A stretch of DNA of 64,000 nt from assembly GCA_045588185.1 (NCBI GenBank), contig JAZNDR010000051.1, forward strand, positions 5,132 to 69,131, written 5' to 3'. This document shows positions 25,328 to 34,694 of this stretch, in pieces. Numbering within the stretch: position 1 is the first letter of the stretch; each line of letters starts with the position of its first letter. Made by a program: the position numbers and the translations under genes. The DNA comes from Candidatus Scatosoma sp. GTDB taxonomy: Bacteria; Bacillota; Clostridia; Christensenellales; Borkfalkiaceae. The notes beneath the pieces were generated by a model. It saw only the letters and a program-made list of their open reading frames with translations. It was not told where the DNA came from and made no database searches.

Positions 25328-25978
25328 ATGGAAAACTGGTTGTTTCAATTAGAAACTTTAATAGGCTTGTTACTTTCCGTGGCGTTGGGTTTTTGTATCG
25401 GTTTAGAAAGAAAACAACGCTTTAAAGAGGCGGGTATCCGCACGCATACAATCGTGTGCGTAGGCGCGGCGTTGATGACGATTATATCGACGAATATCGG
25501 CAACGGCGACCCTGGTAGAATCGCCGCTCAAATCGTAACGGGCGTCGGCTTCCTCGGTGCGGGTATGATTGTGTATAAGCAACACGAGGTAAAAGGGTTG
25601 ACAACGGCGGCTGGTATTTGGGCAACAGCGGGCGTTGGTATGGCGTGCGGCGCAGAACTTTACGTCGTAGCAATCGGCGCGGCTGCTGTAATTATCGCCG
25701 TTCAATGCGTATTCCACTTGCCTTACCGCATTTTCCGTTCGAAAAAGTATTATTCGGTGAAAATCGAGTTCTTGCGCACGGGCGATGAAAATTTGAGAAT
25801 TAAAGAAATTTTCGGAACGGATAGATTTAATCACTTGGTTTTAACACGCGACGAACAGGCTCGCGTCGTATATAGTGCAACGCTAACAACGGATAAAGAA
25901 TTTTCTTCCACACGGCTTAATCAAATTATGGAAGATAATGCTTTCATCACGCTTTTGGAGCGTTGCGACAACGATTAA
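25328..25978 (+). CDS. MgtC/SapB-family membrane protein
   Basis: GLERKQRFKEAGIRTHTIVCVGAALM motif, 4-5 TM segments and a C-terminal soluble domain. Confidence 0.75.
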   Translation: MENWLFQLETLIGLLLSVALGFCIGLERKQRFKEAGIRTHTIVCVGAALMTIISTNIGNGDPGRIAAQIVTGVGFLGAGMIVYKQHEVKGLTTAAGIWATAGVGMACGAELYVVAIGAAAVIIAVQCVFHLPYRIFRSKKYYSVKIEFLRTGDENLRIKEIFGTDRFNHLVLTRDEQARVVYSATLTTDKEFSSTRLNQIMEDNAFITLLERCDND

Positions 25979-25992
25979 AAGAGGTATTACGA

Positions 25993-27093
25993 ATGAATAT
26001 TAACGTTGAGTATCGCAACGAGAGTGGCTTTGCGAATTTTTTTAGCCGAGTAAAAGGCAAGAGAATTGCAGTTATGTACGATATCAACACAAAGCCGTAT
26101 GCGGAAGATATAAAAGCGGAACTCGCAAAATATACCGCGGCAATTGTGTCTATTGAATTTCCCGACGAGGAATTGATCCCTGCGGAAGATAAATGCGATT
26201 ACGCGCTTTCGCTTGCAAAAAGAAGCGATTATCTGCTTGCAGTGGGAAGCGGTACGCTCAACGATATGGCGAAATCGGTATCTACCCGTTTAAATATTGA
26301 ATGCGGTGTCCTTGTAACGGCGGCAAGTATGGACGGGTATTGTTCGAAAGGTGCTGCGCTTATGCGCGGCGGGTTCAAGGTTACCGACGAGGTGCATACA
26401 CCTAGCGATATTTTGATTGACCTTGATATCGTTCGCAAAGCCCCCAAACTTATGACGGCAGCAGGCTTTGGCGATATCCTTGGGAAATACACCTGTCTTA
26501 CCGACTGGAAAATGTCGAATGTCGTCAACGGCGAGCCTATCCACGAGGGCGCTTATGCGCTTATGGAAACCGCGCTTTCGGCGTGTGTAGGAGCGTTTGA
26601 AGAGCTTACGCAATATAAAGGCGGGGCGATTGCAAAGCTGATGAACGCACTCGTTACAGCAGGGCTTTCCATGGCGGAATGCGGAAATTCCCGTCCCGCT
26701 AGCGGAAGCGAACATCATCAATCGCATTTTTTGGAAATGGATTTCGTTCGCCGCGGAGAAAGAGTACCTTTGCACGGCATAAAGGTTGCCATCGGTACGC
26801 TCGTTTCTATTGAACTTTATAATTATATTAAGAATAATAAAGTTACATTTAAAGGTTCGGAAGAGGTATATAAGCTTGTGGACGGGCTTCCGAGTATAAA
26901 TTCAGTTCGGGATATGCTGATAAAAATGGGTTGTCCCGTACGCTTTTTCGAAATCGGCGTTCGTAGAGAAACGATGGAAGAAATGATAGAAAAGGCGTAT
27001 ACCGTCCGTGACCGCTATACCGTATTAACACTGATACACGACCTTGGATTGACGGAAGCCGTTAAACCGATACTTATGGAAAAATACTATTAA
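25993..27093 (+). CDS. putative sn-glycerol-1-phosphate dehydrogenase (AraM/EgsA-like, iron-ADH superfamily)
   Basis: GSGTLNDMAK, AAGFGDILGKYT, SGSEHHQSHFLEM and HGIKVAIG motifs. Start moved to ATG 25993. Confidence 0.6.
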   Translation: MNINVEYRNESGFANFFSRVKGKRIAVMYDINTKPYAEDIKAELAKYTAAIVSIEFPDEELIPAEDKCDYALSLAKRSDYLLAVGSGTLNDMAKSVSTRLNIECGVLVTAASMDGYCSKGAALMRGGFKVTDEVHTPSDILIDLDIVRKAPKLMTAAGFGDILGKYTCLTDWKMSNVVNGEPIHEGAYALMETALSACVGAFEELTQYKGGAIAKLMNALVTAGLSMAECGNSRPASGSEHHQSHFLEMDFVRRGERVPLHGIKVAIGTLVSIELYNYIKNNKVTFKGSEEVYKLVDGLPSINSVRDMLIKMGCPVRFFEIGVRRETMEEMIEKAYTVRDRYTVLTLIHDLGLTEAVKPILMEKYY

Positions 27094-27107
27094 GGATATC
27101 ATTACGC

Positions 27108-27812
27108 ATGAAAAAGCTGATTTGCTTCGATCTTGACGGAACTTTAACGCAACACCGTTCTAAATTAGAAGAAGAAAATAAAAATCTGTTAGACGAATTG
27201 GGCAAAAAATATAAATTGCTTATGGTGGGCGCAGGCAATGCGCCCCGTATTTATGCGCAAATGAACGAATATCCGATTGATATTGTCGGGAATTACGGTA
27301 TGCAAGAGGGTAAAATACTTAACGGAAAATTCACCATTGTCCGTGAAGACGTTACGAAGCCCGATAAAGAATTTTTCCTCAAAAATATCAAGTATTTACG
27401 CGAAAAATACGGATATACTGAATATAAAGGGGATACGGTTGAATTTCATTCCACGGGTATGGTAACCTTTCCTTTGCTTGGTACGAAAGCGGAAATAGCA
27501 GACAAGCTTGCGTTCGACCCTACCCGCGAAAAACGCAAGGTGCTGTATCCTGAGGTTTTGGAAATTTTTAAGGATTACACGGTATATATCGGAGGCTCTT
27601 CATCGTTTGATTTTTCAGGTAAAGAATATAATAAATATGACGCCATTATGAAGTATGCGCGGGAAAACGGATACAAAAAAGACGAGATATTATATGTCGG
27701 CGACGATTTCGGCGACGGCGGCGGGGATTCTCACGTGCGCCTTGGCGGACTTGATTATGTAGAGGTTACCCATTATAAACGATTGAATGAGAAGCTTTCG
27801 TTTTTGCTTTAA
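27108..27812 (+). CDS. HAD-IIB family hydrolase (Cof/PMM-like phosphatase)
   Basis: ICFDLDGTLT motif I and VGDDFGDGGGD motif IV. Confidence 0.75.
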   Translation: MKKLICFDLDGTLTQHRSKLEEENKNLLDELGKKYKLLMVGAGNAPRIYAQMNEYPIDIVGNYGMQEGKILNGKFTIVREDVTKPDKEFFLKNIKYLREKYGYTEYKGDTVEFHSTGMVTFPLLGTKAEIADKLAFDPTREKRKVLYPEVLEIFKDYTVYIGGSSSFDFSGKEYNKYDAIMKYARENGYKKDEILYVGDDFGDGGGDSHVRLGGLDYVEVTHYKRLNEKLSFLL

Positions 27813-27872
27813 GAAAAAGTCGGCGTTTTTCTATAATTTAAGAAAAATCCTGTTTTATTTGCATAAAAATAT

Positions 27873-27901
27873 TTGACAAATGCTTTTTTTTGTTATATAA
27901 T
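27873..27901 (+). promoter_or_regulatory. consensus sigma-A promoter (TTGACA-17-TATAAT) for tRNA-Trp
   Basis: Both hexamers are perfect, at 27873-27878 and 27896-27901. Confidence 0.75.
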
Positions 27902-27913
27902 AGCTACGTTGTT

Positions 27914-27988
27914 AGGGGAGTGGCTCAACGGTAGAGTAGCGGTCTCCAAAACCGTAGGTTGCGTGTTCGAATCGCGTCTCCCCTGCCA
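27914..27988 (+). tRNA. tRNA-Trp (anticodon CCA)
   Basis: Hand-folded: acceptor AGGGGAG/CTCCCCT, anticodon loop CTCCAAA, T-loop TTCGAAT, and an encoded CCA. Confidence 0.9.
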
Positions 27989-27993
27989 AACGA

Positions 27994-28034
27994 AAGCGCC
28001 CCGAAGCCGATAGGCTTTCGGGGCGCTTGTTTTT
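27994..28034 (+). terminator. intrinsic terminator after tRNA-Trp
   Basis: Roughly 15-bp GC-rich stem AAGCGCCCCGAAGCC / GGCTTTCGGGGCGCTT (one bulge) followed by GTTTTT. Confidence 0.8.
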
Positions 28035-28058
28035 AGAAATCCAAAAGGGGTAAAGAAG

Positions 28059-28520
28059 ATGAAAACGGTAACGCTGTATACCGACGGTGCGTGTTCGGGA
28101 AATCCCGGGATAGGGGGCTACGCGGGTATCCTTATCTACGGCGACGTCAAAAGAGAATATAGCGGTGCAGAGGCGCAAACCACTAACAACCGTATGGAAG
28201 TTATGGCTGTTATCGTAGGATTGAAACGCCTGAAATATCCCTGCAAGGTAGACGTTTATAGCGACTCGGCGTATACAGTAAACGCATTTTTAAACGGTTG
28301 GGTATACGGTTGGAAGAAGTCAGGGTGGAAAAAAGCGGACGGTAAACCCGTTTTAAACGTCGATCTTTGGGAAGAATTGTATGCGCTTACTCAAATACAC
28401 GAAGTCGTATTTCATAAGGTGGCTGGGCATGCGGATAACGAATTGAATAATCGTTGCGACGAGCTCGCCCGCGGTGCGATTACGGAGCTTCGCAAAACGT
28501 TGCCGATAGAAACTGAATAA
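28059..28520 (+). CDS. rnhA: ribonuclease HI
   Basis: LYTDGACSGNPG, NNRMEVMA, DSAYTVN and GHADNELNNRCDELA catalytic DEDD-type motifs. Confidence 0.9.
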   Translation: MKTVTLYTDGACSGNPGIGGYAGILIYGDVKREYSGAEAQTTNNRMEVMAVIVGLKRLKYPCKVDVYSDSAYTVNAFLNGWVYGWKKSGWKKADGKPVLNVDLWEELYALTQIHEVVFHKVAGHADNELNNRCDELARGAITELRKTLPIETE

Positions 28521-28567
28521 TTTTCATTAAAAAATAGTATACTTTACTATTGATGATTAGGAGCGGA

Positions 28568-29464
28568 ATGGAGAAAAAGACAATGAACAAAAAAACGCTG
28601 GGCTCCGTTTTGGCGTTGATTGCCCTTACGGCGGTTTTGATCGTCTTTGCCGTATTATGTTTGCATAATACGGTCTATTCTTTTATAAGAAAATACGCTA
28701 CCCTTTTTTCTGTGTTGGCAAGCCTGCTTCTGTGCGGATTATGCTTGTTTTCCGTTTGGTTTGTGCTTACCGAAAAACAAACGCTGTTCAAGACGGCAAT
28801 CAGCGTTTATATATTTTTACTGTTTTGTCTTGTCCTTATATATATTTTACAGAAAACAGGTTTTTTTGTACTTGTTCGCGACGAAAACGCATTCCGCGAA
28901 TACCTTGCGACCAAAGGGGCGTGGATGCCCGTACTTTACGTTGTATTACAATATTTACAAGTTGTCATACTGCCTATTCCAAGCGTAGTCAGTACTGTGG
29001 CGGGACTTGCGCTGTTCGGTCCGTTGAAAACGATTATATATAGTTTAATAGGCATTATACTCGGTTCGATAACAGCATTTTTTATCGGTAGAAAACTTGG
29101 GTATAAAGCGGTTGCGTGGATGATAGGCAAAGAAGAACTAAATAAATGGCAAAAAAAATTAAGAGGAAAGGATAACCTCATTTTAACGGTTATGTTTCTT
29201 TTGCCGATGTTTCCCGATGACGTGCTTTGCTTTATTGCAGGACTTTCGTCTATGTCGGAAAAATACTTCTTGATTATGATTGTCGTTTCGCGTATCGTTT
29301 CCATTTCCACCACTTGCTATTCCATCGACCTTATCCCGTTTAACACTTGGTGGGGGCTTTTGATTTGGGGAATCCTTTTCGCCACAATTATTATCGCATT
29401 TGTTTTAATATATAAAAATTTGGATAAGATTCAAGAGCGATTCCAAAGAAAAAATAAAAAATAA
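28568..29464 (+). CDS. TVP38/TMEM64 (DedA-related) family membrane protein
   Basis: The VLQYLQVVILPIPSVVSTVAGLALFGP segment is typical of the family. Multi-TM protein. Start chosen at ATG 28568 after a GGAG RBS. Confidence 0.7.
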   Translation: MEKKTMNKKTLGSVLALIALTAVLIVFAVLCLHNTVYSFIRKYATLFSVLASLLLCGLCLFSVWFVLTEKQTLFKTAISVYIFLLFCLVLIYILQKTGFFVLVRDENAFREYLATKGAWMPVLYVVLQYLQVVILPIPSVVSTVAGLALFGPLKTIIYSLIGIILGSITAFFIGRKLGYKAVAWMIGKEELNKWQKKLRGKDNLILTVMFLLPMFPDDVLCFIAGLSSMSEKYFLIMIVVSRIVSISTTCYSIDLIPFNTWWGLLIWGILFATIIIAFVLIYKNLDKIQERFQRKNKK

Positions 29465-29522
29465 ATCCTATAATTCGTTTGCTTTTGCGTCATACTGCAT
29501 ATAGCAAACGGATTTGTATTTT

Positions 29523-29572
29523 AATGACAATATGCGTCCGTTTAACTGAAAATGGGCATATTGTCATTTTTT
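29523..29572 (+). terminator. strong intrinsic terminator
   Basis: 13-bp stem AATGACAATATGC / GCATATTGTCATT followed by a T-run. Confidence 0.75.
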
Positions 29573-29605
29573 ATGGAAAATTGCAAAAAAACTTTTCTCA
29601 TACGC

Positions 29606-29634
29606 TTGCTTTTTAAAAATCGTTGTAGTATAAT
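29606..29634 (+). promoter_or_regulatory. sigma-A-type promoter (TTGCTT-17-TATAAT) for the decarboxylase operon
   Basis: Hexamers at 29606-29611 and 29629-29634. Confidence 0.55.
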
Positions 29635-29709
29635 GTTAATTAGTGGAGAGTTGGCAAAATTATGAAAAAACACCATCTTTTTTAGCCAATTTTTCTTGGA
29701 GGATGCATT

Positions 29710-31077
29710 ATGGATAAAATTCAACTACTGCAAGAACGGAAATCGAAGCTTGCAGAAGCGGGAAAGGAAATTCGTGCGGATATCAACGCGATTGCAGACG
29801 CGGAAAGCTTTGTCGAATTGTCTGCTTTCAGCTTTTCCAAAAACGAATTTTACGGCGATAACGCCGAAGGCGAAGGGGTAATTACCGGCTTTGCTACAAT
29901 CGGCGGATATCCGTTCTATATCGTTGCGCAAAACTTCAAAGTTTTCGACGGCGGTATTTCTAAGGCAAATTGTGATAAAATCGCAAAATGCTTGGACGTA
30001 GCGGAGAAAAACGGCACGCCTGTTGTGTATTTGCTCAACTCGCGTGGCGTACAAGTGGGTGAAGGCGTCACCGTTTTAGAGGGACTTAGTAAATTGCTTT
30101 TAAAAGCGACGCAATTAAAGGGGATTGTTCCCCAATACGCCATTGTCAACGGCGAGGTATACGGCTCGGTTGCAATGCTCGCGGCGATTGCTGACTTTGC
30201 GTTCTTTATTGAGAAAAAGAGCGTTTTAGCAATCAACAGTCCTTTTGTTTTATCTGCAAAAGCAGGTAAAAATTTGCCCAAGGAAGAAGTTGGGTGTGCA
30301 AAAGCAATCGATAAATCGGGGATTCCCGCTATGGAAATCCCGTCGCTTTCCGTTGCAAAGGAAAAAGTCCTTGCTCTTCACGAGCTTCTCCACGTTGCCT
30401 ATATCGACGCGGAACTCAATGCGGCTGTGCCCGTTCTCAATGAAAGTGTAACGGCGGAAACGCTTATGAGCATTTTTGAAAACCCCGTAGAGATTTGGGC
30501 TGGTTACGAGTCCGAAGTGAAAACTGTGCTCGGCAGAGTAGGGGGAATTTCCGTCGCAGCCGTTGTATTTGACGGTGGGAACGAAGGGGTAGAACTTAAC
30601 GCGGCAAAGCTTGCTAAAATTAAGAATTTTACCGAACTTGCTTCCTCTTACGGCTTGCCGTTTATAACGTTTACCGACGTGAAAGGTATTTGCCCTTGCG
30701 CATGCGTAAATAACAGTAGAGTTATGAAAGAAGCGGCTGAATATTTAGAATTGCTCGATACGCTGGAAGTATGTAAAATCGCAGTTGTTTATAAAAAGGC
30801 AATCGGTTTAGGCTATTCGCTTTTTGCTTCAAAATCCGTTGGTTTTGATTATACTTGCGCATTTGCAAACGCGCGTATTGCGCTTTTTGACAGCGTACAG
30901 GGCGCGGCAATCGAATTATCGAACGAAAAAGCGGATAAAGCGGCTTTGGCGGAAAGATATGCCGACGAAAACGCCGATCCTATCAATGCGGCAAAAGACG
31001 GCTACATCGACGCGATTATCGAACCGCAGTTTGTTAAACAGTATTTGATTACTTCCTTGCAAATGTTCGTAAGGTAA
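29710..31077 (+). CDS. acyl-CoA carboxyltransferase subunit (12S / MmdA / GcdA / PccB family)
   Basis: GVITGFATIGGYPFYIVAQNFKVFDGGIS...PVVYLLNSRGVQVGEG matches the carboxyl-transferase N-domain pattern. At 455 aa it is somewhat short for the family. Confidence 0.75.
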   Translation: MDKIQLLQERKSKLAEAGKEIRADINAIADAESFVELSAFSFSKNEFYGDNAEGEGVITGFATIGGYPFYIVAQNFKVFDGGISKANCDKIAKCLDVAEKNGTPVVYLLNSRGVQVGEGVTVLEGLSKLLLKATQLKGIVPQYAIVNGEVYGSVAMLAAIADFAFFIEKKSVLAINSPFVLSAKAGKNLPKEEVGCAKAIDKSGIPAMEIPSLSVAKEKVLALHELLHVAYIDAELNAAVPVLNESVTAETLMSIFENPVEIWAGYESEVKTVLGRVGGISVAAVVFDGGNEGVELNAAKLAKIKNFTELASSYGLPFITFTDVKGICPCACVNNSRVMKEAAEYLELLDTLEVCKIAVVYKKAIGLGYSLFASKSVGFDYTCAFANARIALFDSVQGAAIELSNEKADKAALAERYADENADPINAAKDGYIDAIIEPQFVKQYLITSLQMFVR

Positions 31078-31088
31078 AGGAGGAAAAG

Positions 31089-31439
31089 ATGTTATTCAAT
31101 TTATTGTCGCAAACGGAAGACCCGTTTCGTAAAGCGACCATAGGCGAGTCTGCGTTATATGCGTTGCTCGGTTTCCTCGTCGTATTTGTTGGAATTGCAT
31201 TTTTGATTCTTGTTGTATGGTTAGTCGGAAAACTGATGACGAAATCAAATCCCGTTCCCAAAACGAAAGTAGAGGAAGTGCCGAAAACAGCAGAGAGTGT
31301 GGCGGAAAGCCTTGCCGTAGCGGACGGCGATGAAATCACGGACGAAACGATTGCCGTTATAACCGCCGCGCTTATGGCGTATTATCAACAAAACAATCCG
31401 AAGTGTGAATTTACAGTTAAGAGAATTAAGAGAATTTAA
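31089..31439 (+). CDS. OadG/MmdD-like small membrane subunit of a Na+-translocating decarboxylase
   Basis: Single N-terminal TM segment and the C-terminal ETIAVITAALMAYY motif typical of the gamma/delta subunits. Confidence 0.65.
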   Translation: MLFNLLSQTEDPFRKATIGESALYALLGFLVVFVGIAFLILVVWLVGKLMTKSNPVPKTKVEEVPKTAESVAESLAVADGDEITDETIAVITAALMAYYQQNNPKCEFTVKRIKRI

Positions 31440-31451
31440 GGAGAAAATGTT

Positions 31452-31856
31452 ATGCGTAATTTTGTTATCACTGTTAATGGAAAATCTTATCAAGTAGGTG
31501 TAGAAGAAGTCGGTGCGTCCGCACCCGTTGTTTCGGCAGTTGCCCCCGTTGCTGCTCCCGTAGCCGCACCTGCGGCACCGGTTGCGCAAGCGGCGCCCGT
31601 AGCGGCTCCTGCTCCTACGCCCGTTGCAAAGCCCGTTTCCGCAAATGGCGAAAAAGTATTATCGCCGTTCCCTGGACTTATTAAAAACTTGCTTGTTGCG
31701 GAGGGCGCAACGGTGAAAAAGGACCAGCCTATTCTTGTGTTGGAAGCAATGAAAATGGATAACGATATCACTTCGCCTTGCGACGGTGTCGTTTCTTTCC
31801 AAGTTGCAAAGGGCGCAAACGTAGAATCGGATGCGGTTTTGGCTGTAATCGGTTAA
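31452..31856 (+). CDS. biotin carboxyl carrier protein (1.3S / MmdC-like)
   Basis: Ala/Pro-rich linker and a biotinyl-lysine motif LEAMKMDN. Confidence 0.85.
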   Translation: MRNFVITVNGKSYQVGVEEVGASAPVVSAVAPVAAPVAAPAAPVAQAAPVAAPAPTPVAKPVSANGEKVLSPFPGLIKNLLVAEGATVKKDQPILVLEAMKMDNDITSPCDGVVSFQVAKGANVESDAVLAVIG

Positions 31857-31873
31857 TAACGGGGTAGTTTATT

Positions 31874-33091
31874 ATGTTGAATGGTTTGCTCATAAATATC
31901 GGCGATATGTTCAAGAATTTATGGGGTTCTTTGGGGTTTAACAGCGGATCGCTTGCTGAAACTTGGCCGAACTACGTTATGCTTTTAATTTCGTTCGTGT
32001 TAATGTATTTGGCTATTGTAAAAAAATTCGAGCCGTTACTGTTACTGCCCATTGCGTTCGGTATGTTCTTGATCAATCTTCCCGGCGCCTACGAAGTCGT
32101 TTGGGGCACTTATCCCGATGGTTCACACGATTATAATTCGGTGCAAAACCCCGGGCTCTTATGGTATCTTTTCTACGGCGTACAAAACGTAATTTACCCG
32201 CCGTTGATTTTCCTTGGAATCGGTGCAATGACCGATTTTGGTCCGCTTATTTCCAATCCCAAGAGTATGCTTATTGGCGCGGCTGCGCAGTTGGGCGTAT
32301 TCCTGACGTTGATTGCCGCAACGGCTATCGGTTTCAACCTCGCGGCGGCAGCTTCAATTGCGATTATCGGCGGTGCAGACGGGCCTACGGCTATCTACGT
32401 AACACAAAAGCTTGCAGAGTTTGCACAATTTAATGGAAAAAGCACCGATTTGCTTTCGGCGATTGCGGTTGCGGCGTACTCGTATATGGCGCTCATTCCT
32501 ATTATTCAAAAGCCGCTTATGCGTTTAATTGTTCCTAAAAAAGAACGCACGATAAAAATGAAACCGCTTCGTACGGTAAGTAAGGTGGAGAAAATTATTT
32601 TCCCGATTGTCGTAACGCTTGTTGTGGGGATTTTACTTCCCGACGCTGTACCGCTTCTCGGTATGTTAATGCTTGGTAATCTTTTGAAAGAATCGGGTGT
32701 ATGTGATAGACTTTCTTCGCAGGCACAAAACGGCTTAATGAACACCATTACGATTTTCCTTGGTGTTTCCGTTGGCTGTAAGGCGTACGGTGCAACTTTC
32801 CTTGCGCCTCAAACGCTCGGTATTATTGCACTTGGTCTTGTTGCGTTCAGTTGTGGTACAATCGGTGGACTTTTGATGGGCAGACTTATGTGCAAGCTTT
32901 CCAAGGGCAAAATTAACCCGTTAATCGGTAGTGCGGGTGTTTCCGCCGTACCGATGGCGGCGAGAATTTCCGAGGACGTCGGGAGGGAATCTGACCCGAG
33001 TAACCATTTGCTCATGCACGCAATGGGTCCGAATGTGGCAGGCGTTATCGGCTCTGCGATTGCAGCAGGATTCCTGCTTGCTATTATTTAA
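31874..33091 (+). CDS. Na+-transporting decarboxylase beta subunit (OadB/MmdB/GcdB family)
   Basis: Polytopic membrane protein with the conserved [12 protein letters not shown] and [13 protein letters not shown] segments. Confidence 0.85.
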   Translation: MLNGLLINIGDMFKNLWGSLGFNSGSLAETWPNYVMLLISFVLMYLAIVKKFEPLLLLPIAFGMFLINLPGAYEVVWGTYPDGSHDYNSVQNPGLLWYLFYGVQNVIYPPLIFLGIGAMTDFGPLISNPKSMLIGAAAQLGVFLTLIAATAIGFNLAAAASIAIIGGADGPTAIYVTQKLAEFAQFNGKSTDLLSAIAVAAYSYMALIPIIQKPLMRLIVPKKERTIKMKPLRTVSKVEKIIFPIVVTLVVGILLPDAVPLLGMLMLGNLLKESGVCDRLSSQAQNGLMNTITIFLGVSVGCKAYGATFLAPQTLGIIALGLVAFSCGTIGGLLMGRLMCKLSKGKINPLIGSAGVSAVPMAARISEDVGRESDPSNHLLMHAMGPNVAGVIGSAIAAGFLLAII

Positions 33092-33108
33092 CAATGAGGT
33101 AAAAAACA

Positions 33109-34542
33109 ATGGAATTGAATTTCGAAAAAAGAAAAGTAATGCTTACTGAAACGATTTTGCGTGACGCGCATCAATCGCAGGCAGCGACGAGAATGCGTAT
33201 TGACGAAATGTTGCCCGTGCTTGAACAGTTGGACGAAATCGGATATTACTCAATCGAAGCATGGGGCGGAGCTACTTTCGATAGTTGTTTGCGCTTTTTG
33301 AACGAGGACCCTTGGGAGCGTTTGCGCACCTTAAAGGCGCACTTAAAAACGCCCATTCAGATGCTTTTAAGAGGGCAAAACCTGCTTGGCTACCGTCATT
33401 ATGCAGACGACGTTGTGGAACAATTTGTTGCAAAATCCATTGAAAACGGCGTAGGGGTTATTCGTGTATTCGACGCACTGAACGACCCGAGAAACCTTGA
33501 AGTTTCTATGAAAGCAATTAAAAAATACGGCGGCGTTTGCGAAGCAACGATTTGTTATACAAGTGCAATCGTAGACGGCAAAGAAGTATTTACAAACGAA
33601 TATTTCATTAATTTAGCGAAACAGTTAGAAGAACGCGGTGCGGATAATATCTGCTTGAAAGATATGGCGAACCTGCTTCTTCCATTGAAAGCATACGAGC
33701 TTGTAAAAGCTTTGAAAGCGGCTTTAAAACCTACGACAAAATTACATTTACACACGCACAATACGACGGGTACGGGCGATATGGTATACCTGATGGCTAT
33801 CCTTGCAGGCGTGGATATTGTAGATACGGCACTTTCGCCTCTTGGAAACGGTACCTCACAACCCGCAACAGAGCCCCTTGTCGCAACACTTAAAGATACG
33901 CCGTACGATACGGGAATTGATATCAATAAATTGTTGCCTATCATCAAGCATTTTAAAACTGTTGAGAAGCGCTTGAAGGACGATAAGATTCTTAACGAGA
34001 AATCCAAAGGCATCGACGTAAATACGCTTTTGTATCAAGTTCCTGGCGGTATGCTTTCCAACCTTATCAATCAGCTTGAAAAAGCAGGTAAAATCGACAA
34101 GCTTACCGAATGTCTTGCAGAAGTTCCCAACGTAAGAAAGGATTGCGGTTATCCGCCTTTGGTTACGCCGTCCTCGCAAATTGTTGGTACACAGGCGGTT
34201 CTTAACGTAGTTATGGGCGAGCGTTATAAAATGGTAACGAAAGAAACCAAAGACCTGTTTGCGGGTAAATACGGCACGCTTCCGATGCCACTGAACGAGG
34301 AGGTCGCCCCGAAGGTATTGAACGGTATTGAAAGAATTACTTGCCGTCCTGCTGACCTGCTTGCGCCTGAATATGAAGAAATCAAGAAAAAGGTAATAGA
34401 GCTCGGCTATTATGAAAAGGAAGAAGACGTACTTTCGTACGCCGTATTTGAACAGGTAGCTGAAAACTTCTTCAAATGGAGAGAAGCCCAGAAAAAGGGA
34501 ATTGATAGAGATCTTGCAAAGAACGGCGTATATCCCGTTTGA
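33109..34542 (+). CDS. oxaloacetate decarboxylase alpha / pyruvate carboxyltransferase 5S-type subunit, lacking a biotinyl domain
   Basis: LTETILRDAHQS N-terminus, metal ligands in LHLHTHNTTG (HMGL-like TIM barrel), and a PYC_OADA-like C-terminal region. There is no AMKM motif. Confidence 0.85.
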   Translation: MELNFEKRKVMLTETILRDAHQSQAATRMRIDEMLPVLEQLDEIGYYSIEAWGGATFDSCLRFLNEDPWERLRTLKAHLKTPIQMLLRGQNLLGYRHYADDVVEQFVAKSIENGVGVIRVFDALNDPRNLEVSMKAIKKYGGVCEATICYTSAIVDGKEVFTNEYFINLAKQLEERGADNICLKDMANLLLPLKAYELVKALKAALKPTTKLHLHTHNTTGTGDMVYLMAILAGVDIVDTALSPLGNGTSQPATEPLVATLKDTPYDTGIDINKLLPIIKHFKTVEKRLKDDKILNEKSKGIDVNTLLYQVPGGMLSNLINQLEKAGKIDKLTECLAEVPNVRKDCGYPPLVTPSSQIVGTQAVLNVVMGERYKMVTKETKDLFAGKYGTLPMPLNEEVAPKVLNGIERITCRPADLLAPEYEEIKKKVIELGYYEKEEDVLSYAVFEQVAENFFKWREAQKKGIDRDLAKNGVYPV

Positions 34543-34561
34543 TTATTACAAAAGATTACTT

Positions 34562-34658
34562 GTGAAACATTTAATGTGAAACACGCAACCGATTTTTTGA
34601 TCGGTTGCGTCGCTTTATAAATTTCATAAAGCGTTTGTGAAACTATTTTTGTGAAACT
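34562..34658 (+). repeat. two pairs of TGTGAAAC direct repeats (14-nt phasing) flanking two hairpins
   Basis: TGTGAAAC occurs at 34562, 34576, 34637 and 34651. Hairpins GCAACCGAT/ATCGGTTGC (34586-34609) and CGCTTTAT/ATAAAGCG (34612-34634) lie between the pairs. Confidence 0.7.
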
Positions 34659-34678
34659 TTTTTAATTTGGTGTTTTAA

Positions 34679-34694
34679 CGACCAAGTGGTCGTG
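34679..34694. promoter_or_regulatory. palindrome ACGACCA-AG-TGGTCGT in a putative promoter spacer
   Basis: 7-bp perfect arms. It lies between a weak -35 (TTAACG) and a TAAAAT -10, about 25 nt upstream of the flavoprotein gene. Confidence 0.4.

Noticed and set aside
29662-29685. 7-codon uORF (MKKHHLF) and a weak TTGGC/GCCAA stem in the decarboxylase operon leader as an attenuator
   Set aside because: The stem is only 5 bp, no alternative antiterminator is evident, and the His-His pair is too little to argue for a leader peptide.
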